Positions 13,059 through 26,094 of a DNA stretch of 64,000 bases are shown here, one piece after another; position 1 is the first letter of the stretch, and each line of letters opens with the position of its first letter. Source of the stretch: Octopus vulgaris (Eukaryota); NCBI GenBank assembly GCA_951406725.2, contig OX597835.1, positions 18,228,001-18,292,000 of the forward strand, given 5' to 3'. The translations under genes and the position numbers were made by a program. The notes under the pieces were generated by a model that saw only the letters and a program-made list of their open reading frames with translations, was not told the DNA's origin and did not search any database.

Positions 13059-14561
13059 TGTGAGAAAATTCCACAACAAAGCCATCGCTGAAGAGATAGT
13101 AGATGAAAGGAGTCTAATAACATACAGTTTTTGTGTATCTATTGCAGCATAATATAAATCATTCCTCACTTGATATGTTGAACTCATCATTTTGCCAACG
13201 AGCATAACTGAGTATAGTCCCAAGTGAAAGGTCGTACACGACATGCAGAAGGGTGGCGTTAGTTCTTTGATCCTATTCATTGGTAATTACCCATACGGTG
13301 TCATTCAATGTAAAGTTCTTTTGCAAACCCTTTACGCTCAACATTCTTTTCACTGTCATGGAAGATTCTGATTATATTCTTTGCACTGACAAGCAGTTGC
13401 TGGAATAAGATATCTATCATTTCTTTTGTTGACTTAATAATAATGCATTGGTTTGCGTATTAAAAACCTTTAAAGGTGTTGTCGTAAGCAATTTCTTAGG
13501 TCGAAGGAATTAGGATTGCAGTACTAGATCAAAGTCGTCTAAGCAGAAACTGAATTGACAAGAAGCAAAACATATATGGGCAAGTTCAGATATTCTGAAC
13601 CACATTGTATGTACCTATCACATTCTGCGTATGTGGTTACTATAATTTGAAATCATGAGCAAACAAATATTCAGGCAAGGTAGACTTGTAAATTATATAA
13701 GCATTACGAAGTAACAGCATAAACGAAATGCGATAAACATACAGTTGAAATTGTCTCAGAAAATGAAAGATTGCCCATCCTTCGTGATTTGCTAAGGTAT
13801 ATGGTTAAGCAGATTAAGGGTAAAAAGCTGGATACTGTTCACAAGGACAAAAGGAAAGAAAAGTGCTTCCTAATTGAAATATTGAGCCCAGCAGAGAATA
13901 ATGTATCTCTAGAAGAAATCAAATAATTCTTGAAACATTAAGATGTTGGAATAACGATAATCAGAATGACAATGTCGAAGACAGCGATAATAGTAAGAGA
14001 AACCTTGGAAAATGAGATGCTGCAAGACATATATATATATATATATATACATACATATAAGACATACATACACACACATAATTTAATGAATGTATATATG
14101 TATGCGCGCGCGTGTGTACATATAAGTAAAACGTCAGGATAGTAAACAGAAAATACCGCACTAAAAATTGTACAAGTGTTTCAAAAGAAGATAAAATATA
14201 AATTGAAAGATAAGCATCGTACAAGGCTTATAGTAATACTTACGTACATTGTGTGTGAGTGTGTGTGGGTGAGATAGAGAGAGAAGGTAGAGAAAAAGAG
14301 AGTGTGTGAGAGAGAGAAAGACAGACAGACAGACAGAAATACAGAAGGAGAATGTGCGTGTGTGTGTGTGTGTGTATGCATAAATAAGAAGGGATCGATT
14401 TGAAGGACGTGTTTTAATTTTCTATCAAATATTTGAAACATTCTGTCCCATTTTTTCACTCCCACCACAACATGTAATTTAATGTACACCGTATAAATAT
14501 ATGAGCTACTAACAATTTCTTGGTCAGTGTCAAAGGTATGACAATAAAATGCGTCCAGAGA

Positions 14562-14850
14562 GGGCGGCGAGCTGGCAGAATCGTTAGCAAGCCGGGCAAC
14601 AGAATGCTTAGCGGTATTTCGTCTGCCGTTACGTTCTGAGTTCAAATTCCGCCGAGGTCGTCTTTGCCTTTCATCCTTTCGGGGTCGATAAATTAAGTAC
14701 CAGTTACGCACTAGGATCGATGAAATCGACTTAATCCATTTGTCTGTCCTTGTTTGTCCCCTCTGTGTTTAGCCCCTTGTGGGTAGTAAAGAAATAGGTA
14801 TTTCGCCTGTCTTTACGTTCGAAGTTCAAATTCTGTCGAGGTCAACTTTC
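14562..14850 (+). mobile_element. SINE family A (tail type a) followed by a partial tandem copy
   Basis: ggcggcgagctggcagaatcgttagc...gtgggtagtaaagaaat, then ggtatttcgcctgtctttacgttc...gaggtcaacttt repeats the internal part. Confidence 0.9.
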
Positions 14851-15439
14851 GATTGGGAGTTAAAGGCAGATTGGGAGTTAAAGCTTCCACTATATGACTT
14901 ATGGAACATACAATGAAACTGCCACAATTCTTCTTCATTTGCATTCCCTATTTAAATGTAAACACACTGTTCCAATAATTCCTTAATTAATTCCACCAAC
15001 GAACATACGGATATGCAAATGAGACTATATGCAATAACAATTCCTGTTGTTGACAGCTTATTACCAGCCACACTTTCTGAATCCCCACCTCCCTCCCTCC
15101 CACTCTCTATTTCCCTCTCTTTCTTTTTCAATCTATGCCTTAAAGCTTCTGTATTAATACTTGATATGCAAGAAATCGCTAAATCCCTTTCGATCTGTTT
15201 CGAAAAAAATTTTGTTCTAGAAATAGTAACAGAATATATTGGGTGCTGAAGTCTAAAGTCTAAGCTACGACAAGAAGCAACGATTAGAACTTACTGAAAT
15301 AATTAGTAGATCCATTCGAAGAACAATGAAGCACAGATCTCCATCGAGATTTTGGTACACTGGAGTATCATACGGAACAGATATATAAGTTTCATATATC
15401 AGTTACATATTTTTTTCTCTTGGGTCTAAGATGTTCTCG

Positions 15440-15588
15440 TACGTGAGTGAATAGCTTCCTTACCAGCCACATGGTTCCGGGTTCAGTTCCACAGCAAGGC
15501 AGCTTGTAGAAATGTCTCCTACTATAGCCTCAGGTCGACCAAAGCGTTGACAGTGGATTTAGTCGACGTAAACTGAAAGAAGCTCGTC

Positions 15589-15623
<35 letters not shown>

Positions 15624-15835
15624 GTATGTGTGTGCATATATGTATATGTCCGTGTTTGTCTCCCAAGATCGCTTGACAAACGATGATGGTGCGTATACAA
15701 CCCCGGAAGCAGCGGTTTGGCAAAAGAACCGATACAATAAGTACTACACTTACAAAGAAAATATCCTGGGGTCGATGTGCTCGATTAAAGGTGGTACTCC
15801 AGCATGGCTACAGTTAAATAGATGAAACAAAAGTG
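15440..15835 (+). mobile_element. SINE family B, diverged
   Basis: ccacatggttccgggttcag...actgaaagaagctcgtcg(TA)n...tccagcatggc. Confidence 0.85.
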
Positions 15836-15842
15836 AACGGAA

Positions 15843-15908
<66 letters not shown>

Positions 15909-15914
<6 letters not shown>

Positions 15915-15978
15915 ATCGCCATATTAATATGGCATTCTTATATCTATAAGAATACCATATTAATATGGCGATAACAAT
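15909..15978. repeat. Near-perfect 70-bp palindrome (34-bp arms, 1 mismatch, 2-nt loop)
   Basis: attgttatcgccatattaatatggcattcttata-tc-tataagaataccatattaatatggcgataacaat. Confidence 0.9.
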
Positions 15979-16034
15979 TAATTTCCAGTAAACGCTGCCA
16001 TAATCTCTTTTATAGAGACTTAGTAATTTTAATA

Positions 16035-16103
<69 letters not shown>

Positions 16104-16114
16104 ATATATGTAGG

Positions 16115-16300
16115 TATACATCGCTAGCCACTTCACATTCCTTATTTTCTCTCCCTGTTTCTTTCTGTCTTCCATTCTGTGGAAGAGCGTAGGCTCGAAA
16201 CATTTAAGACTTTTTCACTTGTCGAGCTTTTATCTAATACATCTGTTTCTTTTTTACACCACCTGTCTTTGTCTTTTGTTTTTTTTTGTGAATTCTCCTC
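16115..16300 (+). repeat. Penelope-terminal-like repeat family P1
   Basis: ctgtggaagagcgtaggctcgaaac...ctaatacatctg...acaccacctgtctttgtc; homologous to 3890 and 38917 copies. Confidence 0.65.
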
Positions 16301-16559
16301 CTATATGTGTGTGTGTGTGCGTGTACGTGTCTGTGTGTACGCGCGTGTGTGTGTATCTATTTATATATACACATGTATACACCTATACGTACATTCATAT
16401 GTATATATTTTGATAGATAGATAAAACTTACTTGGAAGAGGATGCGTGGTGTTCAATCATATAATAATATATATAATAAATATGTGAATATATACATACA
16501 TATATGTACATACTGACATCCATACATATATATGTATGCATAATCTGGGCACACTACGT

Positions 16560-16590
<31 letters not shown>

Positions 16591-16651
16591 TCCAACGAAC
16601 ATGCACAGTATTTGTGTATGCATACACAGATATGCTTGTAATAAGTTTATG

Positions 16652-16692
<41 letters not shown>

Positions 16693-16711
16693 ATACATAT
16701 ATGTATGTATG

Positions 16712-16758
<47 letters not shown>

Positions 16759-16777
16759 ATACATATATGTATGTATG

Positions 16778-16825
<48 letters not shown>

Positions 16826-17469
16826 TACATGCATATACGTGCATGTATACAGATGTAGGTGAATATGTAGCAATATCGTGTATGCATTTATGCAAATATG
16901 AACGCTATCAACAGGTCACATCATATAGTGATAGGAAACATTTTCATTTTATTTTACATGGCGAAGGAGAATTTTTTTTTTTGAAAACGTTTGCCATATT
17001 CAATTCGTCAAATACAGTCACGTGAGAGCCAAGTCAATTTCAAATTACTTGCCGAGATAAAGCTTCTCATTTCACTTAACGCGCATGTCAAACTTTATTT
17101 GAACTTCATTAGCTTTATCAAACGTCATATTCATGGAACGCATCGTACGTACATTCTAACTGATTTCACTGCTCTTTTAGTTGCATGACTTACTTTTCAT
17201 TATTTGGGAATAAGCATGGATGCTCACTGAATAAAGTGAATACGTACAAACATACATACATACACACATGCAAGCATACATACGTACAGACATACTTAAT
17301 ACACTCTCTCTGTCTCTCTCTCACGCACATGGACACACGTATACATATATGTGTTTGACGGCTCCCTAGATCTTCTGTGTATTTTAATCACAAATACTTA
17401 TTACACGTCATGTTGATATTACGTGTAAATGGAAGGGGCAAATTTCAAATCATTGTAAAATATTGCTTC

Positions 17470-17900
<431 letters not shown>

Positions 17901-18104
17901 ATAGAGGTGCGCGTGCAAGCACATACACACGCAGACACACAGACACACATGTTATTCTATATAGTTAACACGTTCCCATATATTTTCATTACGATGTGTC
18001 TGTTTTATAGGGCTATATGTAGATTTGTTTCTAGATCGTTGGAAATATTGTAGTTAAAATGACTACAAACTTCTTCGCTTTAATTAGCAAACACAAACAC
18101 ACAG

Positions 18105-18165
<61 letters not shown>

Positions 18166-18443
18166 CTATATTTGCTCTCTGTATCCTATAATGTAAGCAC
18201 TGTTAAAGGTATGATAAATGACAGGTGTGATTAATGGAGTTGATGTTCACATCGTTTTGCAGCGCAACAAATGTGGCTCTGAATCACCTCACACACCGAA
18301 TATTTACGTGTAGACACTTAGATGCACAATGTTTGCATTATAATGTGCGTACTCACGGAAGAAAGAGGCCGACTGTGTGAGAAAGAGAAATTGAGATAGA
18401 TAGATACCTAGAGAGAGTGATAGATAGATAGGTAGTTAGATAT

Positions 18444-18780
18444 GTTTCTTTATTAGCCACACAGGGCTGCACACAGACAGGACAAATTACAAGGTAGAGC
18501 TTTTCTTTTGGGGGTAAAAAAAGGGGGTTTGGTTTTCGATCAAAAGGGAGCGTAAAGGGAAAGAAAGAGGACAAAAAAAGCGGGGAATAACATTTAAAAA
18601 AAGAAGTGGGGTGGAAAAAAAGGGAAAGGAAAAAAATTGATCAATAGGGATCGTTATCACAGAAATGTCAATATGAAGTGTAAAGGGGAGGACAGGTGAG
18701 GTTTATCCGTGGAAAGAAAAACCTACGGAAAAGACCACGGTAACCTCGGTCAATGAAGTCACATGTTATATTTATTTATT
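18444..18780 (-). mobile_element. 3'UTR copy of the Tx1/L1-like LINE
   Basis: Reverse complement aligns with ~58780-59133 (ttgacc.aggttaccg...gcagccctgtgtggc.aataaagaaac); ends in decayed (TATC)n. Confidence 0.85.
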
Positions 18781-18829
18781 TTGTTTTGCAAATAAGCAAC
18801 TCTCTGTATTAATTTTTACGGTTCACCAA

Positions 18830-19015
18830 GGTGAACTTAAAAGAACAAGGTATGGATATTAAATTAGCGACAGGAAAATAAGTTATCTAATTTTTTTTAT
18901 ATGGATGACTTAATTCTCCATGGCAAAGTCGAAACTAAGTTTGAAGGACGCACTACTGTGTAATATGAAAGCTTACATTGATGATATTGGGATGTAAATT
19001 GGTCTTAACTCTATA
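18830..19015 (+). mobile_element. R4/Dong-like RT core fragment
   Basis: RTRYGY..SDRKISYL..YMDDLILHGK...DDIGM.IGL resembles the clade motif HLLYMDDLKLYAK...DIGMEFGL. Confidence 0.65.
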
Positions 19016-19169
19016 GTTGACCAGTGAACCTGAAATTCCCGTAAGCCCCGTGTCACACCGTTTTGCAACTCCGAGCATTTCAGTCTGACGAGTCACCTGT
19101 ATAACTTAACGCTTTACTTGCACAAAACCAATGATCATCCACTGATCGGCCATAACAAAATAACGAAAA

Positions 19170-19227
<58 letters not shown>

Positions 19228-19228
<1 letters not shown>

Positions 19229-19608
19229 TAGCAGTATCGCCCGGCGTTGCTCGGGTTTGTAAGGGAAATAGCTATATAAGCATTTTTAGCGATGTAAAGT
19301 ATAATAGCCATCTCAATATGGTTAACCACAAAGGGGGGGGGTGTTACTGTAGCTTTTTACGTTCTGAGATTTAATAAGAAACTTTTAGAGAGTTACTTCC
19401 CTTATATATGCCAAAAATGCATTAAAAAATGGGGAAAATGATGGTAAATTTTTTTAAAATCGAAAACTCATCGTAGACGCGCGCTAATACCAAGAAGGGC
19501 TCGATATGAATCACGACTATAAGATACCCGGTTTTGGTTAAAATGCACCGCAAAATGTGGGAGTAGTTAGGAATCTAAATCGTAGGAGACAGACAGCACA
19601 CAATCTTA

Positions 19609-19620
<12 letters not shown>
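19228..19620 (-). mobile_element. Non-autonomous Helitron
   Basis: Minus-strand 3' end cccgagcaacgccggg hairpin followed by CTAG-T; 5' end tatatataaaag...ctgtctgtct; inserted in (TA)n; no TIRs. Confidence 0.8.
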
Positions 19621-19660
<40 letters not shown>

Positions 19661-19665
<5 letters not shown>

Positions 19666-20533
19666 AGTCATTCCGTAGATAATGCCGTTTTTGAAAGTCA
19701 GAGGGAGATGGGATAAACTATGTGCATCAACCTGTTATAAACGCAGGTAGTAAGTTTACCTTGGCTTATTCTTATTGCAAGTTTTGAAAAGTGAAATTCG
19801 ATTTTAACAATTATTTTTTTAAAGCTAGAATTGAAGTGGCAAAGCAGCATATTCGGTATGTTTTTCGTTATGGGGACAATAGAGGCAACAACGCAACGGA
19901 AAGTAAGGGGAATATTAATCCAGTATATGGGAATCGGACCATATACATAAAACAGTGCCAACGGTGGTTCCAGAAATTCCGAGAACTAAAATACGGCATC
20001 GTCCTGGAAGATCTGTAGAACCCTGGTGGAACAAAATCCTATTGTAACTATTGAGAAACTAGCAGAGTAGCTTGGATTTGGTCATTTAACTCCGAGCATT
20101 TCAGTCGACACATGCGCGAGAAGAAAAACGACCATCTTTGATTTCAAGACGAAAGGTCTTCCATCAGGATAATGTTTGGCCATATACAGTGAGGATCACA
20201 TTGTAAAGGCTGGAGTAGGTTGAATGGGAAATGATGCCCCACCCACCATATTGTCATACATTCCTCCATCTGATTATCATTTATTCCGTAATCTTCAAAA
20301 TCATATGGACGGAAAAATATGAATTTTGCATAGATAAGAAAAGTACCGAGAAGTATTCTTCATCACGGACAAGTGAATTTTGCAAGAGGGGCTTTGTAAG
20401 CCTGGAAGATAGATAGTAGATCATTGTAGAACATGAAGGAGAGTATATTTTAGATTAAAAAAGAACTTTGTTCATCTTAATTTTGAAACCTAAAAGTATA
20501 AAATAACCACATTATTTATGGGATGACCCAATA
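19661..20533 (+). mobile_element. Internally deleted mariner transposon
   Basis: TIRs tattgagtcattccgtagataatg / reverse complement tattgggtcatcccataaataatg; HTH KQHIRYVFRY..RGNNATE..INPVYG...QRWFQKFR; C-terminal PHPPY..PSDYHLFRNLQNH. Confidence 0.9.
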
Positions 20534-20617
20534 TATACAAATACGCATGCACACACTTATATAAGCATAGATATGTGTGTATACAAATACATATACATAC
20601 AAACACATTCACACACG

Positions 20618-20664
<47 letters not shown>

Positions 20665-20742
20665 GTGAATATATGTAGGTCCCGGGTTGAGCCGGGGTTA
20701 ACCACAGTAAATAAGGTACTCAATACATAGCAGAGTAAAGTA

Positions 20743-20855
20743 ATTTATTTTATAGAAGGAGCTTCTACAGGACTAGAACTGTTTCATTCAGATGAAATCT
20801 TCAAGATTTCATCTGAATGAAACAGTTCTAGTCCTGTAGAAGCTCCTTCTATAAA

Positions 20856-20861
<6 letters not shown>
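20743..20861. repeat. Perfect inverted repeat, 59-bp arms, 1-nt spacer
   Basis: atttattttatagaaggagcttctacaggactagaactgtttcattcagatgaaatctt-c-exact reverse complement. Confidence 0.95.
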
Positions 20862-20896
<35 letters not shown>

Positions 20897-21925
20897 CACG
20901 GGGACACACACGCATATAAACACGTACACACACACACATATGTGTATATGCGTGTCTTTGTGTGCTTTTTGTGCTTTGTGTATGTGTGATGATATCTGTT
21001 TTAGTATCGGCTAAAAAAAATCGGTGCGTCTTACAAATATATTACAGAGGAGATGTGCCTGAGTAATGCATTAACTTATTACTGTGTAACTAACGCAAGT
21101 TATCTATTGATATCACTCACTTTAATCACCGACTGAGGCCCACGTGTAAACATGATAACGGATCTGAATTAAAATCACCACCAGACTAATAAGTCAACCT
21201 TAAATAAACATGACAAGCTACACGAAAACAAAACCCGTTTTACGATTATGAATTATTCGGACTATTAAATTCATCTTTTAAGATGAAACAATATTTTTTT
21301 TTTTAATATTTACATGTAGATATAAATATTAGAATAAAGTATTTTATCTTTAAAGATTTGCTTAATAGTCCGAAAATTTATATGCGTATTATCAATAACT
21401 CATTCCAGACATTTATTTATTAAAAAAAATCGTATTATTCACCGAAAGTTGAGAAATCGAATACACATTTTGAAATTGATGTTCAAAAAAAAAAAAAAAA
21501 AACAACAAACAAAGAAATAATAAAAAAAACGTGAAAAGTGGAAAGATGAAAAATACTGCATCGACAAAGACGAAGAAAACCTCTGAACACACAGAAATGA
21601 TAACAATCTAAATGGAAGGGAACTGCAATTGATACTTGAAATCCAGCAGAGAAAACAGTAAAAAACACAAGGGAAGAAATATAACACACACTATCGAAAG
21701 ATACACTCCCATATTACATGCATATTTTACAGCTGCTTGCACTATGTAAATGAAAACCATCATAATGCCGGCGTATATTATGCGCAAAAACTCTCATTTA
21801 AAAATAATTTTTGATAGAAACTGATTAAGTACTTCTAGACAATAGATGCTAAAAAAACAGGACACATGCACTCACTCCCCTATATATCTATAGATAATAT
21901 CTCTATCTACCCATCTATCTATCTG

Positions 21926-21998
<73 letters not shown>

Positions 21999-22027
21999 GT
22001 ATGTATGTATGTATGTATGTATGTATG

Positions 22028-22088
<61 letters not shown>

Positions 22089-22111
22089 ATATATCTATCT
22101 ATCTATCTATC

Positions 22112-22381
22112 TTCATTTTTTTTCCTCTTCCCCTTTTTTTCCCCTTTTTTCTTCTTTTTTTCATTTCTCTTTTCTTTTGTTCCTTTTCCTTTTCTTCTTT
22201 TTTTTCTTTTTTCTTCTTTTTTGTTCATTTTTCCCCTTTTACGATCCCTTTTGATCGAAAACCAACGCCACCTTTTTTGTTTCTTTTGTTTTTTTTATGT
22301 TTTTTTCATCCCCCAAAAGAAAAGATCTACCTTGTAACTTGTCCCATCTGTGTGCAGCCCTGTGTGGCCAATAAAGAAACT
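22112..22381 (+). mobile_element. 5'-truncated 3'UTR copy of the Tx1/L1-like LINE inside (TATC)n
   Basis: ttacgatcccttttgatcgaaa...ctgtgtgcagccctgtgtggccaataaagaaact; (TATC)n on both sides. Confidence 0.9.
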
Positions 22382-22389
22382 TATCTATC

Positions 22390-22493
<104 letters not shown>

Positions 22494-22936
22494 CATCTGT
22501 ATGTCTGTCATGCACATACACATACGCATTCAATTATATACATACCTACAATAAAATTGCTCTTAAGCGCAAAAGAGCATACAGTAGACCTAGTACCAGA
22601 TATTTCAAATGTACAAAACCTCGCTGTAGATAAAATAAGCTTGTATCAAATTTCGGATGAAGCGATGTGATTGCAGAACACAAAAACTCATTCTTTGCCG
22701 GGACGCGCAAGTCCCAAGTTTCATCCAAGTTGAATCTCTTTCATATATTGTGTCTTCAATATATGGAGCTATTCTGTAGTGATCAAGGAAATGTGGATGA
22801 TAGTTGCGATAGAATATCAATTTAATGAACATACTAGACATATCTAAAAACGCTTTAAATTAAGCAAGAATTATTAAGTATGATAATGGTATAACATAGC
22901 AAGAGTTAAAGAATTCAATTCAATAAGATGTATTAG

Positions 22937-23132
22937 TTTCAAATTTTGGCACAAGCCCAGCAATTTCGGGGTGGGGTTATGTCGATTTTATCGACCCTAG
23001 TTTTCAATAGCTACTTTTCATATCAACCCCGTAAATATAAAGGCAAAGTCGACCCTGCGAGTGTCTAAACTAAGAACGTGATATCAGAAGGACTGCTGCT
23101 AAGAATTTCTCTTGGAGCGGTAAAGATTCTGT
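22937..23132 (-). mobile_element. SINE family A, diverged, tail type b
   Basis: aggcaaagtcgacc, tcgattttatcgacc; tail (reverse complement) gggcttgtgccaaaatttgaaac. Confidence 0.75.
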
Positions 23133-23199
23133 CACGACGCAAATTTAATTCGAAAAGAATTATTAAATTCATTACTAGTATTATTATTATTACTATTAT

Positions 23200-24050
23200 T
23201 ATTTTGAATGTATCCACACAAAGTCATTCCTGAGTGACATCTTGATGTGTCACCGACATCGATACTAAATCATGAAATCTGGGTAAACCAGTAAGCACAT
23301 TGATATCATCAGGATTAAGAAAATATTTGATGCTGTTTTAACAACAACCAACGGAAAGAGGATAGCTCCTTTAAGATCTTATACTGAAAAATCTAAAAGA
23401 AATGTAAAAGTTTGGAAACGAAAATCTTCAGAAGAAAATAGAAGAAAAAAAAAAACATCCCTTTCAGTCGTGGGAACAATCAACAACGGAATGAAAAGGA
23501 AATGCAAAAAGTGAAAAGAAAACACAATTTCAAGAAAAAGGAACAGACAGGTATAACATAAAATACAACTCAAAATGTAGTACTTGAATTTAAAGAAGGC
23601 CCGAAAGCTTAGATTTTTACTAAAAAGCAAAACATCCGTCGTTCTCAAAGGCGACAGCATTTCGTTGATCAAAACAAACTGTTTTCCTCAAACTCAAAAG
23701 CGTTTGCAGCAAAACTATCCAAAGAATTCAAGAAGGAAATAACAGAAATCTATACAAAGCCAAGAGCAAGAGAATAATATTTTGTTAGGAAAGTAGTGAA
23801 CGTGGATGGATTTCCGTAAGCGACATTATGAAAAATAACATAATGTTACGAAAGAAGTAGCTGAGACACTACAAATACTAAACAACTCTAGAAGAATCCA
23901 TAAAAATAGAAAATAACCAAGGTTTGACTAAAGTATTTAGCAGATACCTACGCATTTCATGTGGGTATTTCTTTATCCCTGGGGTATCGACATGGGGATT
24001 TTAGAAGTATAAAACGATCTCATGAGTATGATATGTCAGAGAGAGAAATG
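23200..24050 (+). mobile_element. Highly degraded non-LTR (Dong-like pre-RT) fragment
   Basis: Starts after (TTA)n; DQNKLFSSNSKAF resembles the QNRLF..NQKRFY motif upstream of RT in R4/Dong ORFs. Confidence 0.4.
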
Positions 24051-24427
24051 AGTTAGGGACGAACACCTGAATGTAATTCACAAATTACAACGATTCGTTT
24101 TGAATGTAGGATGAAAATAAATGGCAGCAACTGGAATAACTGTGATTCGAGGTGTGTTGGGCTGCTTTTGACCTGGTCCTGAATAATACCAGGGGCGAAA
24201 ATAATGAATAACACGAGCATCATCACTGCAAATAAACGTTTGGAGCCTCAAACTCAAGAGATTCCTTACACTTCACAATCTGTAATATACATCTAACGTA
24301 TTGAGACGCGCGCGTGTGTGTTTGTGTGCGAGCATGTGTGTTTGGGTGCGTGTGTGAGTGTTTGTGTGCCTGTGTGTGTGTGCTTGTGTGTTTCTGTGCC
24401 TGTGTGTGTGTGCTTGTGTGTACTATT

Positions 24428-24768
24428 TACTCTTTACTCTTTTACTTGTTTCAGTCATTTGATTGCGATCATGCTGGAGTACAGCCTTTAGCCGAGCAAA
24501 TCAACCCAGGACTTATTGTTTGTAAGCCTAGTACTAATCCTATCGGTGTCTTTTGCCGAACCGCTAAGTTACGAGGACGTAAACACACTAGCGTCGGATG
24601 TCAGGCGATGTTGTAGGAACAAACAGAGACACACAAACACATACGCACACATATAGACATATACATATATACGACGGGCTTCTTTCAGTTTCTGTCTACC
24701 AAATCCACTCACAAGGTTTTGGCTGGCCCGAGGCTATAGTAGAACACACGTGTCCAAAATGCCACGAG
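24428..24768 (-). mobile_element. SINE family B, 5'-truncated
   Basis: Reverse complement of family B body and (gagtaaa) tail. Confidence 0.88.
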
Positions 24769-25056
24769 GTTGGTGTGTGTTTGTGTGCGTGTGTGTATTT
24801 GTGTGCGTGTGTGTATGTATTTTTGTGCGTGTGTGTGTTTATGTGCGTGTGTGTCTTTGTGTGCTTGTATTTATGCGTGTGTGTGTGAACGTGTGGGCAC
24901 GCACGCGTATGTGTTGTTATTTGCTTACATGTTATAATAAAACCAGTTTTACTATTAAATTACAGTATTACGCAATATATTTGACTGAGTACAGTCCGAT
25001 GATGGGTTAACATCGAAGTTACTGTCAATACTACTCTCGATAACCTTTATGTGTGT

Positions 25057-25095
<39 letters not shown>

Positions 25096-25262
25096 TATGT
25101 GCATGAGGATGTATATATACATACCGTAGCACTCCGTCGGTTCCGACGACGAGGGTTCCAGTTAATCCGATCAAGGGGACAGCATACTCGTGAAATTAAA
25201 CGTGCAAGGTAGAAACGTTAAGCTGTTTCCATTATTTTGTCCAAACCCTGTATATATGTGTG

Positions 25263-25322
<60 letters not shown>

Positions 25323-25349
25323 ATTCTATTTATCTATCTATTTATCTAT

Positions 25350-25394
<45 letters not shown>

Positions 25395-25398
<4 letters not shown>

Positions 25399-25592
25399 AT
25401 CCAAACAAGAAAGCCGCAAAAAACACAACAACGCGAGGACGTGGAACAAATATAGTATTATTGGACGCTCAGGAAAGAAGGAAAGAAGGAGGACTTAACG
25501 TTTCGAGCGGAGCTCTTCGTCGGAAACATAGGAGGAGAAGGAAAGATCCAGAGAAGGAAGACAGAGGGGAAAAAAAATCGCCAACGGTACTC
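25395..25592 (-). repeat. Penelope-terminal-like repeat family P2
   Basis: Highly similar to 29348-29550; both between (TA)n; minus strand ccgacgaagagctccgctcgaaac. Confidence 0.7.
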
Positions 25593-25649
25593 ACAATATA
25601 TATATTGTGACCGAGAAGGTGAATCCAGTGACCTTTGTGTGAGCACAGT

Positions 25650-26008
25650 TTATCTCAGAACATGCCTTTCTTTTGCTGTGCTCAAATCGCATTTACCGAC
25701 CCACGGAAGATGAACCTCCATCAGCTGTTCTTCCAATATATCTGTGCACAGATTTCGATGCCGTGTATGCCATAAGGTCTGCCAAACTAATGGAGGCCTC
25801 AAAAGACATTTTAAGATCCACCAGGAGCAGAACTGAGCTGTAGATATTGGTTGTCCAAACTGTAGATATTGGTTGTCAGATATGCAATCTATGTGGGCGT
25901 CATTTCAATACAATGTCTGGTTTAAAAAACCATATCAAACGCCATGATGGATCTAAGGTGTAAGTGCACGAGATGGTCAGACTCTGCATAAGGAGAAGAC
26001 AACCACCA
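25650..26008 (+). pseudogene. Decayed array of three C2H2 zinc fingers, probably the 3' end of an RTE-type LINE
   Basis: Manual translation: ..LRTCLSFAVLKSHLPTH; FRCRVCHKVCQTNGGLKRHFKIH; [26 protein letters not shown]; two in-frame TGA stops and a 22-bp duplication frameshift. Confidence 0.75.
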
Positions 26009-26010
26009 TG

Positions 26011-26094
<84 letters not shown>

